64,000 bases of DNA from Candidatus Bathyarchaeota archaeon (GCA_963733095.1 CAVTBV010000012.1:192001-256000); one strand, 5' to 3'; numbered from the stretch's first letter, positions 42,611 through 52,710 are shown. A program made the numbers and translations. Notes: a model not told the origin generated them from the sequence alone.

Positions 42611-43224
42611 CTAAGATGGACAAAATCAGGAAAGCTTTCACATTATTCCTAATCCTTATTATCGCTATGTTAAGTCTAACCTTCCTAACTGTTAAGGCAG
42701 ATTCAAATCAGCCAATCACTTTCTCTTCGGGACTTACCCTATATTCACCAATAAATACAACATACAATTCTAACGTTGTAGAATGCAACGGTACGTTCAA
42801 TTGGCCAAAGCCTTCCCAAGTCTCCTTAAATTACAGTATTGACGGCGAAGACCAAGGTGCCTTACTTTGGAGCCTTGATGTGAATTCCATTTCTATCCCA
42901 GAATATTCTACGATAGCTGGGTCATTTCAGTTACCCCAACTGCCAAATGGGCCACATCAATTAAGCGTTGGAATTGACGAAGAACTCTATAATAACACTG
43001 GTTCAGCGCACGAATTAATTAACCAAACCACTTGGGTTAATACAGTCTATTTTACAATAAGTGCAAATCAACCCACGCCAACCCCAACTCCTACTGTTCC
43101 AGAACTAACTTATTGCACACTTCCAAGTGTAGTCATTTTTGGAATCATAACCGCATTATCCTTAGTTTTCAAAAAAGTAGGTCATCCTTTTGAAGGTCAA
43201 GATGCGTGCGCCGATGGCGCTTAA
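42607..43224 (+). CDS. Surface protein with PT linker and PEF-CTERM-like tail
   Basis: Signal peptide; SPINTTY, YSIDG, PTPTPTPTVPEL, then TM. Confidence 0.75.
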   Translation: MTKMDKIRKAFTLFLILIIAMLSLTFLTVKADSNQPITFSSGLTLYSPINTTYNSNVVECNGTFNWPKPSQVSLNYSIDGEDQGALLWSLDVNSISIPEYSTIAGSFQLPQLPNGPHQLSVGIDEELYNNTGSAHELINQTTWVNTVYFTISANQPTPTPTPTVPELTYCTLPSVVIFGIITALSLVFKKVGHPFEGQDACADGA

Positions 43225-43331
43225 AGGGTACCCACGTCTTTTGAGGTAGTTGGCAATTTAAAAGCGGACAAATCACTGCGGTTCTTTAGTTTCCTCAAAA
43301 CTTTTAAATAAGTCAGCCAAGAGTAAGCCGT

Positions 43332-43766
43332 ATGGGTACAATAATAGGTGCAGTTTTTCCTGTTTCTGAGGAGCATGCGAGACGAATATTTGATGAAAAA
43401 CGAAACATTTTTGCGAAATATACAAAGATGATTTGTCTCAGCAAGAAATCAAAAATAGTTTTCTATGTTACTGGAGGTGGCGGCATAATTGGTGAAGGTA
43501 CCGTAGAAAATACAGAGAAGCTTGAACCAGAACTTGCATGGAAAACTTATAGAGAACGACTCTTTCTTGATTTGAATGAATACGAGCAATACACTTTGCT
43601 ATCGCCCATTAGCAAAAGAACGAGGACTTCCCCACAAATCACAATTTTTGTTTTGAATCAAATTAAAAAGTATAAGCAGAGCAGTCGTCCAAACTTTAGC
43701 GTCACACCTTCGGGGAAATATCTTACAAGAGAGGAATATCTTGAAGTTACGAGAACAAAACCCTGA
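43332..43766 (+). CDS. DUF365 / PUA-ASCH-like protein
   Basis: IIGAVFPV...RIFD...KIVFYVTGGGGIIGEG pattern. Confidence 0.7.
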   Translation: MGTIIGAVFPVSEEHARRIFDEKRNIFAKYTKMICLSKKSKIVFYVTGGGGIIGEGTVENTEKLEPELAWKTYRERLFLDLNEYEQYTLLSPISKRTRTSPQITIFVLNQIKKYKQSSRPNFSVTPSGKYLTREEYLEVTRTKP

Positions 43767-43780
43767 CTAGTTAGAATGGA

Positions 43781-46700
43781 CTAACCTTCTTCCATTCTCT
43801 TGATAATTTTAGTAGTTTCCAAGCTCACGGTAACTACTTTTTGTATTAATTCAATAACATATCCTTTGTAGTCTTCAAAACTGTAATTGTTGAAGTTTTT
43901 ACGAAGAGTCTCGCTCTTAGGAGTTTTCTCCTTATATTGGTCAAGAATCCATTCAACAGCTGTTCGGTTTCTAATTTTGTAAGCCCAAGTTTGTTTAGGT
44001 ATGCCTTTCAAGGTAGTTATGTCATCTATTGCTATTTCACCCTTATTTCTGTTTGCCAAGAGTCTGGGTTTATTGTTTTGGATATTTTTTGTTTCTTTGT
44101 CAATTCTTTCAAGCGGATAGATAGGGGCGTTTTCAAAATCGATATGAAGGTTAATCAATTGTTGACCCCAATTTTCCCATTTCCAAAAGTCTTTCATAAG
44201 GGGAATTCTTGGCAATTGCCTTTTCAAGTCAGCATCGTATTTTTGACAGTACTTAGGCGAATGAAGAATTGCGTAAACATAATTAAAAATTGAGTCACTA
44301 CTGATTTCATCGTCCTTGTATTGTTCTCTAAAAACTCTTATCGCCCATTCTGTAACGTTCTTGCTCCATTTTTTACCATTGTTAAAGAAATAAGGTACTG
44401 CCTGAGTGTTCTCAACGAGGTCTTTGCTAAAAAGACGATTTGATATAAGCACTGAGAAGGGCGTCGATGAACCAACACCTGAGAAACAAATTACCTTGTT
44501 ATTTCTGTTTAAATCATCCCCGAAAATTTTGTAATGGTTTCTAGTCAGAAAGTCCGATAAATCTTTGTCGGAATAATACAATTTCTTAACATACGGGCGG
44601 TAGTTAAATTCAATTATCGATTTTCCGTCAAAATTAAGGCTAACTCTGCGAGGAATTTTATCCTTAAGCGCTCTGCTCCATTGAATATCATATTTTAGAG
44701 CATTGCCTAAATTCTCTGGTTTAACATCTCTCAATCGTTTGAGTTGCGAATTGTATGATTCTACAAAATATTGAATTTTGTCAGCAATGTTTGACTCGTC
44801 AAAATCAAAAACCCATTCATCCCTATTTGTAGATACTCCAATGGTGTAAAAAGTGAAAATTGACAAGTCATTATCTTTTTCAGGGACTAACGGAAGCAAA
44901 TCATCAAAGTCATTATCCTGAATATTTAGCCAGTTCCCTTTCTTGTCGGGCGTTATATGAACAAACGGAACATTTTCAACTTTATTACTTGCAAACCATC
45001 TCAGCTTCTCTTCCCTTCGCTGCTCATCCTCTAATGCAAAATATTGAATCATGCAAGGTTTTTTTAACGACTCTTTGCGAACAAGAAACATTATAGCAAT
45101 GCCTAATTGTATGCCAAAAACATTATGGACAGTGCCTGACAGTTTTGGGTTTTCACGAATATCACTTTTTGTATCAATGATATATTGCATAATCAAATTC
45201 ATTTGCAATGTGCTTTCTAAAGCCATCATATGTATAGCTATCAATAAATGACCTGTTTGTTATGAAAGCGATAATTCCATTATTGCCAATTCGGTCAGAT
45301 GCCCAACGATAGAACCTTGCATAAGGGTCATAAACTTTAGTTTTCGTTGCTCGGCTGTCTTTGACATAAGTTTCTTTTATTCTTTTATCTATAAACGGGT
45401 ATTTACGGTTTGGATTATTTTCGTTAACCACGGATTGGTTAGCGTTGTAGGGGGGGTTACCTATTATCACTGAAATCTTTTTCTTATTTTGTCTTTTAAT
45501 TCGCTCAATGTTTTCTTCTCCAATATTATACAAGCTCACCTGCTTGTTTTTGAAGTGAAAACCTGTATTGTCAAGCGTATCGACAAAGCAAATATTCTCA
45601 AACGGTTCATATTTTTGAGTTTTTTGCTTATAGGTAAATTCGATATTAAGATTGGCTATATAATAAGGAAGTATTTCAACTTCATTGCAATGAATCTCGT
45701 TTTTATACTTGTATTCTAAAGCCGCTGTTGGTATTTGTTCAATTAATTCAGTGATGAAAGTGCCTGTTCCCGTTGCGGGGTCAAGTATCTCGACGTTGGA
45801 ATCGGATAATACTCTTCCGAAGTGTGTACAGAGAAGGTGGTCTGCAGTCCTAATCATAAACTGCACAATTTCATTAGGCGTGTATATGATGCCTAGGCGG
45901 TCAGCTGCTTTGGGGTTGTATGTCTTGTAAAATAATTCATATAGAAGTTTTAAGAATTTTTGCTTTTCATGATGGTCTTCAATATTTGAAGCTGCTGCCT
46001 TTATCGCAAGGTAGTAATGGTCAATAAGTCCTAAGGTATTTTTCTTTATTTTTCCAAAGAAGAACGTGTCTGAGACTTTTTCGAGTTCTTTGGCTATTGT
46101 GTTTTCTTTGTGAAATTGAGATTCATTAAAAATAGTAATGAAGATTTCTTCTGTGAGAATGTGCTGGATAAGCATTTCCCTAACATCTGAACAAGTGATT
46201 TTTGGATTAATCGTTAGTTGACAGAGTGCAAGCAGGTCATCCCTTGCTTTCTTAAAGACTGGATTCTTTTTCGCTTCAGAGTCAATTAATTCTCTGAGGG
46301 CGTCCAAGATAGGCGGCAAATCTTCTTTGAATTTTTCTATGGCTCTATGGAAGTCGGCAATCTCGGGGCGTTCGTAATCAACAAAGCGTTGGAGAATCTG
46401 GTCTAACTTAGCTGGGTCTTTCATTGAAACGCGATTTCTTTCAAAACCCTGCTGGATTAGTACAATAGTCTGTGAATCTTCGAAGATAATGTTTGAGGTC
46501 GGGTATCCTTTCCCAATCTTCTTTTCAATTTCTTTGTCTAAATCGTCATATTCATCTTTGCTTTCCCAATAGCCTACATCTAAGCGCAATGCATCTTTGA
46601 CTGTTCCATCTGGTGTAACTGTATTTCCTTTTTTTGACTTGTAGTCAATTTCGGGTATCAACAAGAGATTTTTCGATTTGCAGTAATAATTAAGGAGATT

Positions 46701-46820
46701 CGCAAATTCTGAACGCAGAGACATTTCTCTCTTACTGCCGCTATACTGTTTGACCTTATCAACGGCGTTATAATATTCTTCAATTAGATGCATGGTCATC
46801 GGCATCAGACTGCTTGGCAA
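43781..46820 (-). pseudogene. Type ISP/IIG-like restriction-modification enzyme split by a +1 frameshift
   Basis: PDG...ESK nuclease-like motif, YTPNEIV, ILDPATGTG and GNPPY in 45174-46820; Type ISP C-terminal-like GVSTNRDEW, YRPY, YVYAILHSP in 43781-45244; removing one base near 45186 fuses the frames. Confidence 0.85.
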
Positions 46821-46915
46821 TTATGTTGTGTTAGCTTTTAAGCTTTAACTTGAAACCGACTAAGACTTTGGCAAAATTTTTTAAAGAAGTCAACCAATTT
46901 TAGAGACGAATAGCT

Positions 46916-47179
46916 ATGTTGAGTGAAAGAGAAGCAAGATGCCCAGAATGCGGCTCTCCATTGGTTGTTTCAGTTGAGAAAAATAAGCGAACGGGTAAAT
47001 TACAAATAAGATTTTTCTGCGATGGAGATTATGATGATAAGTTCGATTTTGTCATACTTACGGAATTAAAAAACGAGGACTTAGATTCGCTCCTTCGAAA
47101 GAAGGGAAAGGTCGTATCGCAGTCTGTGGGCTTAAAGCTTCTTGATAGAAAAAGCGACCCTGAAATTGAACTGGCTTAA
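46916..47179 (+). CDS. Small CPxCG zinc-ribbon protein
   Basis: RCPECGSPL. Confidence 0.6.
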   Translation: MLSEREARCPECGSPLVVSVEKNKRTGKLQIRFFCDGDYDDKFDFVILTELKNEDLDSLLRKKGKVVSQSVGLKLLDRKSDPEIELA

Positions 47180-47333
47180 CCCCGCATGGTGACTGATTCG
47201 TCATTGTAGAGTTGCTTTTTTCCCTTTGTTGTCTGAGAGAAGCATATTTGCATTTTCCAGCTTACGGTTGACATTGGCGTTGCAATTAAAGTATTAAATA
47301 GGTAGAACTGTGATACCAGCCTATTAGGTCTGA

Positions 47334-48098
47334 TTGATGAGCGACGCTTCCAGCCCGCTTTCTGTTGTGGGCGTAATTTCAGAACCAGTAAAAGCTTTGA
47401 TTGTTTCAATAAGAAAACACAGGGAAAAGGAGCTTATTCAAAGCAGGTTTGTGAACGCCTTGGAAAGCGAAGCTTCTGCTTACTTAGCGGCAATGAACAA
47501 AATGTCGGCGTATGGAAATGAGCGAATTACGCCTAAGCTCTTGGAAATAAAGTCAATTCCAACAAAGAGACAGATAACTGAGGTAATGATAATGGCATCG
47601 GAAATACCCTTGTTTTGTAAGGAACTCCTGATTGCCTTTATCAATTTAGCAAAGGCGTGTAGCGAAATCTCCGAAAATGAAGCCTTCATGAAATCACTTC
47701 AGCAAATCCCTGAGCAATTCGATTTCATCAAGCGAATGGCAGCCATTTATGTAAAAGACAATACGGCAGCCATAAACGGGGCATACTTTCGTTATTTCAA
47801 AATCTACGGAAAACCAGTCTCAAGTCTCGAGCTATATTCGCAGGAGTCCGCCAAAATCGAAGAAATCAGGAAATCACTGGTCTTAATCAAGAAGTGGGGA
47901 GCGTTGGCAAGGAAAAATAGAGTTCGTCTGAGCAGAAAAATTGGTTTGCGATTCCTTAGGAACTTAGAGACGCTTGGAAAGATAACGGTATGTGTGAAGA
48001 TAGAAGCCTATAGCTATGTTGATTTGAATGATTATTTGCCTCCTGCTCTTGAGCCGCTACTATCTCTCGTTGATGGAATCCGCTATGGAATCAGCTAA
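47334..48098 (+). CDS. Hypothetical protein
   Basis: 254-aa ORF with no recognised motif. Confidence 0.55.
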   Translation: MMSDASSPLSVVGVISEPVKALIVSIRKHREKELIQSRFVNALESEASAYLAAMNKMSAYGNERITPKLLEIKSIPTKRQITEVMIMASEIPLFCKELLIAFINLAKACSEISENEAFMKSLQQIPEQFDFIKRMAAIYVKDNTAAINGAYFRYFKIYGKPVSSLELYSQESAKIEEIRKSLVLIKKWGALARKNRVRLSRKIGLRFLRNLETLGKITVCVKIEAYSYVDLNDYLPPALEPLLSLVDGIRYGIS

Positions 48099-48140
48099 CT
48101 GTCAACAGAGCTATCGTTGGTTTTTCTAAAAGTTGGGTCT

Positions 48141-48296
48141 GGGGATTAAAATTTAATCTTTCTCTCTCTCTCGAACTCAAACTCTACGACTACGACTGAC
48201 TAATTCTTTATCACTAACTAACACACACTCTTTCGTTAGCTCGTTAGTTCGTTCGTTAGTTAGCTCGTTCGCTCGCTAACAGACAAACAGACAAAC
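48141..48296 (+). repeat. Left terminal inverted repeat, microsatellite-rich
   Basis: GGGGATTAAAATTTAATCTTTCTCTCTCTCT...CTACGACTGACTA...CTTTATCACTAACTAACACACACTC...(TTAG/CTCG/TTCG)n...(CAGA/CAAA)n. Confidence 0.9.
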
Positions 48297-48308
48297 AAAA
48301 GAAACTTG

Positions 48309-49274
48309 TCAACGAGTTTTTCTCTTGAAAATTGAGACTGCTAATGTCAATACCGCCATTATGATTGCTATGACAATGATGAAAGGAAACTCTGGAACTG
48401 AAGAAATAGGTGTTGGCAAAGGTGTTGACGTAAAAATAGATGCTTGACTCATTTGAGGAAAATGGTCTATGTTAGTCCCGTTTATAACGTAAGGTGTGTT
48501 TCCTATTCCCGAACTATCAACCATAGTAGCATTAGGGTATTTTGATTGGTAGTCACTCCAATAGTTGCCAACCTTGCCGTTATCCCAAGTGTTAACAGAA
48601 TCCGAATCGACTTCTGCTCCATGGTCATTGTTTATGAAGTTATTATCATAGATAGAGTTGCTTGAAGAAGTTTCTAAAATAATCCCTGCACTATAATAGC
48701 CCCAACCATTCGAATTGTCGGTTAAGTAGTTCTGAACAATCGAGTTATGATGGCTTTCTGACAGTAATATGCCAAACATACCACTCTTAATAGTATTCCT
48801 GACAATCGTTACTGAACTGCTATTCTCAATCAAAATTCCACCGATCATTCCAAAGGGCGTGACGGCACTTGTTATAGTTGTATTTGTAATTTCTATATCA
48901 GATGTATCATTTAAGACAATAATAATTGACCCTGTGTTTGTAATTGATAAGTTTTGAACTGTAACGTTTGTCACTGAAAGCATGGAAATCTGTCCGTTAG
49001 TAAGAATATGACTGTCACCGTCAATTATTATGTTACTTTTTTGAACTGTAAATACAGTTGTGTCCATGTCACTTGTGAAAGTATAGATGTTACCTGTTTG
49101 CTTAATTAGAGGTGTTGAGGGACTTACGTTTCCATCTGCATTTATTATAAAAAAGCTTTGAGTTTGAGCGTTTGTAGGTTTAACTACCAGCAAGGTCAAA
49201 CATGATGTAGCGATAATGAGAATTAGGAATAATACGAAAGTCTGGCTGATTCTACTCTTGCTTATTTTTTGCAT
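48309..49274 (-). CDS. NosD/CASH beta-helix surface protein with PEF-CTERM-like tail (element cargo)
   Basis: Signal peptide; GILLSESHHNSIVQN repeats; GNYWSDY...GIGNTPY; VPEFP, TM, KRK. Confidence 0.85.
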   Translation of the reverse strand: MQKISKSRISQTFVLFLILIIATSCLTLLVVKPTNAQTQSFFIINADGNVSPSTPLIKQTGNIYTFTSDMDTTVFTVQKSNIIIDGDSHILTNGQISMLSVTNVTVQNLSITNTGSIIIVLNDTSDIEITNTTITSAVTPFGMIGGILIENSSSVTIVRNTIKSGMFGILLSESHHNSIVQNYLTDNSNGWGYYSAGIILETSSSNSIYDNNFINNDHGAEVDSDSVNTWDNGKVGNYWSDYQSKYPNATMVDSSGIGNTPYVINGTNIDHFPQMSQASIFTSTPLPTPISSVPEFPFIIVIAIIMAVLTLAVSIFKRKTR

Positions 49275-49387
49275 TGTCTACCTTCATCTAAACAATTAAC
49301 AGAGGCAACGGCTTATAGTTCTATTCAAAGAACAGACAAATAGTGGTTTGTTCCAAAATGGAACAGTCTTACAACAAAGTTTCTTGA

Positions 49388-50446
49388 CTAACTCGACTTA
49401 TATTGGATTTGACTGATTATTCTTGGTACCCATTCTTTCTTTTCGTTTCTCAGATACTTCGCAAACGACAGAGCCTCTTCGCTAATCAACGTATCAATCG
49501 TTTGTCTTTTTCCAACTTTAATTCGTTCAACGTTAACCATTCGGTCAAACAAGGCGTTCAAATCTTCAGCTAAACTGTCAGTCTCATACTCTTTCAAGTG
49601 AATTTTCTTACCCATCTTGAGGTGCATCATGAAATCTGTGACAAGAACAAAGTCTTTCTTTCTGAGTTTTTGACAGCGTTCAATCAGGAAGCCATCAATC
49701 AGATAGCGGTAGAGTTCTTGGAAATCGCATACTAAACTTGGTTTACCATGTTGGACGGAATGCAAGAATCCTAAATACGGTTCTAATTTTGCTTTCAATA
49801 ATGCTTTGTGTACTCTGCACTCTAAAACGTAATAGGCAAAGTTGAAAACATTATTCAATCCATCATAAGCCTTGTATGTTTCTCTGCTTTCAGGTCTAAT
49901 GCTTTCAGGGAAAAGTTGGAAAATCTTCGAGAAATAATCTTGTGCGCTTCTTCCTTCAATTCCTGTGAGTTTTTGCCTTGTCTGTTTCAAATTAGAAAAT
50001 TCCAATCTTGTAATTTCGCTTAGGTAAAACGAGTTTTTAGAATAGTCGAGTCCATACTTTTTTAGAACAGCGATTTCTCCTTTGATTTTGGCAATGACAA
50101 ACTGTTTAGCTATGTCGATGCATTTTTCTTCATCAAGAACTGCTTGATATTGGCTTAGTCTTGTTTCAACGTGAGAATCATCTTCAACATTTTTGAGCAA
50201 GGCTACAACTCGGTTTCTTCTTGTCACTATGTATGTGTCGATATTCCAGAGTGCAAGATCAACCAACGCGTCAACGCTGACGTAGGAACCGCTTTTGAGG
50301 ACAGCTTCGCCTATTTCCTTTTTGAAATGTGGGTAGCGTTCTGTTTTTCCAGTTTTTTCTCTAACTTCAAAACATCCTTCAGCTCTACCAAGATAAGAAC
50401 CATAGTTTGATAGTTCAACCTTCAAAGTTTTAGAACCCTGAACCAT
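49388..50446 (-). CDS. cas1: Solo Cas1 endonuclease/integrase (casposase-like)
   Basis: YGSYLG N-terminal domain, RLSQY, GIEGRSAQDYF, NNVFNFAY, GFLH, SLVCDFQELYR; E-H-E catalytic residues present. Confidence 0.93.
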   Translation of the reverse strand: MVQGSKTLKVELSNYGSYLGRAEGCFEVREKTGKTERYPHFKKEIGEAVLKSGSYVSVDALVDLALWNIDTYIVTRRNRVVALLKNVEDDSHVETRLSQYQAVLDEEKCIDIAKQFVIAKIKGEIAVLKKYGLDYSKNSFYLSEITRLEFSNLKQTRQKLTGIEGRSAQDYFSKIFQLFPESIRPESRETYKAYDGLNNVFNFAYYVLECRVHKALLKAKLEPYLGFLHSVQHGKPSLVCDFQELYRYLIDGFLIERCQKLRKKDFVLVTDFMMHLKMGKKIHLKEYETDSLAEDLNALFDRMVNVERIKVGKRQTIDTLISEEALSFAKYLRNEKKEWVPRIISQIQYKSS

Positions 50447-51102
50447 TAAGCATTCCTCTTTTCTACTTCTTTTATAAACCTGTTAAGAATATTCACATAT
50501 CTGCTAGAGTTTTCTCTTTCTGCAATGAACTGCTTTCTAAGGTTTCTTAGCATGCCAACTTGTGACTGTCCAACATATTTTTCTTTTAATTTGGTAGCCT
50601 TTGCTTTAAGCACTGATTCTTTTTGAGTACTCTGTTTTTTTATTTGCTCAAGAAGAGCTTCTGCGAATGAGATATTGAATATTCTGTTAAAGTAATTTTC
50701 ATCGAAGAATTTTGTGTTAATCTTATGCCTCATTCTTAAGAGTGTATCCGCAAAAATAATATCGATATGAGTTTCTGACAAAAATGAAGGAGGCAAATCT
50801 TCGTAACCTTTGCTTAACTCTTTTTCCATCGCCTTGATTAATTCGTCCTTTTGCAGGTCTCCGTCAATTATGAGAATCGCTAATCCTTTAGCTGATAATT
50901 CAGGTTTAGCGGTTCCTCTTGCATCTTGTTGCCCATTCTTTCTGGCACCACATCGCGACTTCAAGATGCCCTCTTTTTGCATTTTTTTTATGTGACGATA
51001 AACAGTTGCATAATTTGTCCCATTCAATGATTTTTCTAGGCTATACATGCTTTTTTTAGAGCTTAGAAGCGAAATGAGGATTTCTTTATCGATTCTATTC
51101 AT
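50446..51102 (-). CDS. Winged-HTH transcriptional regulator
   Basis: SMYSLEKSL..TNYATVYRHIKKMQKEGIL...LSAKGL; stop overlaps the cas1 start (TAATG). Confidence 0.75.
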   Translation of the reverse strand: MNRIDKEILISLLSSKKSMYSLEKSLNGTNYATVYRHIKKMQKEGILKSRCGARKNGQQDARGTAKPELSAKGLAILIIDGDLQKDELIKAMEKELSKGYEDLPPSFLSETHIDIIFADTLLRMRHKINTKFFDENYFNRIFNISFAEALLEQIKKQSTQKESVLKAKATKLKEKYVGQSQVGMLRNLRKQFIAERENSSRYVNILNRFIKEVEKRNA

Positions 51103-51115
51103 TTTTTACGCCTTT

Positions 51116-51151
51116 TTGAATATATTCAATTCACGACATGAATATATTCAT
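51116..51151. promoter_or_regulatory. Twin 14-bp palindromic operators between divergent transcription units
   Basis: TTGAATATATTCAA at 51116-51129 and ATGAATATATTCAT at 51138-51151, 22 bp apart. Confidence 0.75.
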
Positions 51152-51196
51152 AAGATGTATATATGCTTTGTTACAAAGCTAAGTCTGTGAAAAAAC

Positions 51197-51343
51197 ATGA
51201 AAACAATCCATCAAACCTTCACAGATGAAGAGTTCGAAAAGTTACATTCTGCGAAGGGACAAAAAAGTTGGCATGACTTCGTTATGAAGTTAGCCAAAAC
51301 AAAATACAATAGTTTTTTGCCTAAAAAGGAGAATAAAAAATGA
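51197..51343 (+). CDS. 48-aa ribbon-helix-helix-like protein (below ORF track cutoff)
   Basis: MKTIHQTFTDEEFEKLHSAKGQKSWHDFVMKLAK...; stop overlaps the next ATG (ATGA). Confidence 0.7.
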   Translation: MKTIHQTFTDEEFEKLHSAKGQKSWHDFVMKLAKTKYNSFLPKKENKK

Positions 51344-51720
51344 ATGAATACAGAAAACGCTCGGGTTCAACACTAAGGGAATACAACATTAACGTTGTTG
51401 TGGAAAAACTGAGACATGGCATGAACGAAACTGACGTATTAAATGAATTAGCAATGGCGTTCTGTCCCGATACAAGAATAGATTATTTGAACACAGCAAA
51501 AGAAAAATTGAAAATGGAAACTCAAAACTCGACCAAATCTGAATCCCCTAACAATATGGAACCTGAATCATCTGAATCATTCATGGAATACGCTAAGAAG
51601 CATCCGCACACAACAAGCACATGTAAAAATTGCGGTAAACCTACGCCTGAAAATACAACTTTCTGCTCTAAAGCATGCGTAGAACAATACAAAGCTAAAG
51701 CGGAGACTGACAAAACATGA
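51340..51720 (+). CDS. Hypothetical protein with C-terminal Zn finger
   Basis: CKNCGKP...FCSKAC; GGAG upstream. Confidence 0.75.
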   Translation: MNEYRKRSGSTLREYNINVVVEKLRHGMNETDVLNELAMAFCPDTRIDYLNTAKEKLKMETQNSTKSESPNNMEPESSESFMEYAKKHPHTTSTCKNCGKPTPENTTFCSKACVEQYKAKAETDKT

Positions 51721-52301
51721 CGGTGTATTCAAGTTTACCCAAAATAGGAATTATAGATTTCTTAGCTAATATGAGCAAAAAGAGGTTCAATTTCAGAGTT
51801 ACAACAAGCCGTTTTACATTCTTTGCAATGTTAAGCAGAAGCCAAAAAATAGAAGGCATGACAAGCAGAGTTTACGACGAAAACGGAAAACCAACTAACA
51901 AACATTATGTATTTTTTGATATTGAAGGTATATCTTTAGAAGAAGCTAAAAAAAAACTTAAAAAAATTCAAAAAAAATACGGCTTAAGCAATATTTACTT
52001 AACAACAGACAACAACGGCAAAACTTATCGAGGATGGTGCTGGAGCATTGTTACTTTTTCAACTTACCGTAAAATTCTCATTGACAGCGAGAACATTATA
52101 GACAATGGGTTTGATTTTTACACAAATAAAAGGAAAGAAGCCACTTTGAGACTTAGCCAAAAAGAAGGCAGACCTTTCCAAACTTGTACCGATGTTATTG
52201 AATCGTTTTTTGTTCCCTTTCCAACTGGGAAGATACGACGAATTATCTACTATACTGGATGCGAAAAGAAAGGTACAACACTTAATTTAGGAGTTGATTA
52301 G
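51717..52301 (+). CDS. Putative archaeo-eukaryotic primase (AEP)-fold protein
   Basis: VFFDIE (motif I-like); YLTTDNNGKTYRGW (motif II-like, R in place of H); IID...TLRLSQK (motif III-like). Confidence 0.5.
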   Translation: MTVYSSLPKIGIIDFLANMSKKRFNFRVTTSRFTFFAMLSRSQKIEGMTSRVYDENGKPTNKHYVFFDIEGISLEEAKKKLKKIQKKYGLSNIYLTTDNNGKTYRGWCWSIVTFSTYRKILIDSENIIDNGFDFYTNKRKEATLRLSQKEGRPFQTCTDVIESFFVPFPTGKIRRIIYYTGCEKKGTTLNLGVD

Positions 52302-52710
52302 TACGGATAAATTTCCTGAGGCTTTTAGACGATTCAAGCAAGATGTTCCTACACGACAAATTAAGACTTTTAGACAGCTAACTTTAGCTTTCGGTTCTTG
52401 GGCTGGTGAAAAATGGAGAGGCACAAACAGACAGATGGATGCTTTGGCTGTTCAAGCAAAAAGATTAGGGATTCCACTTGAGGATTGCCGTATGAAACGG
52501 CAACAGGTTAGAGCTATATTTTGTAGGGCTTCGCGACAGACTGGAATTCAAGGGAGAGAGAAGTTTTCAAGAAGTTATAGTAATTTTCACCAGTGGCAAA
52601 GCAAGACTGCAAGAACAACAGCATACGAGAGAAGAATCATTAATTACATTAGGAATCATCCGAATGCAAGTTTAGCGGAGGCGCGAGGTCATAGAGCAAA
52701 GAGGTCTTAA
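52294..52710 (+). CDS. Small highly basic protein, putative nucleic-acid binder
   Basis: Arg/Lys-rich; ends YIRNHPNASLAEARGHRAKRS; overlaps the previous stop; GGAG upstream. Confidence 0.7.
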   Translation: MISTDKFPEAFRRFKQDVPTRQIKTFRQLTLAFGSWAGEKWRGTNRQMDALAVQAKRLGIPLEDCRMKRQQVRAIFCRASRQTGIQGREKFSRSYSNFHQWQSKTARTTAYERRIINYIRNHPNASLAEARGHRAKRS

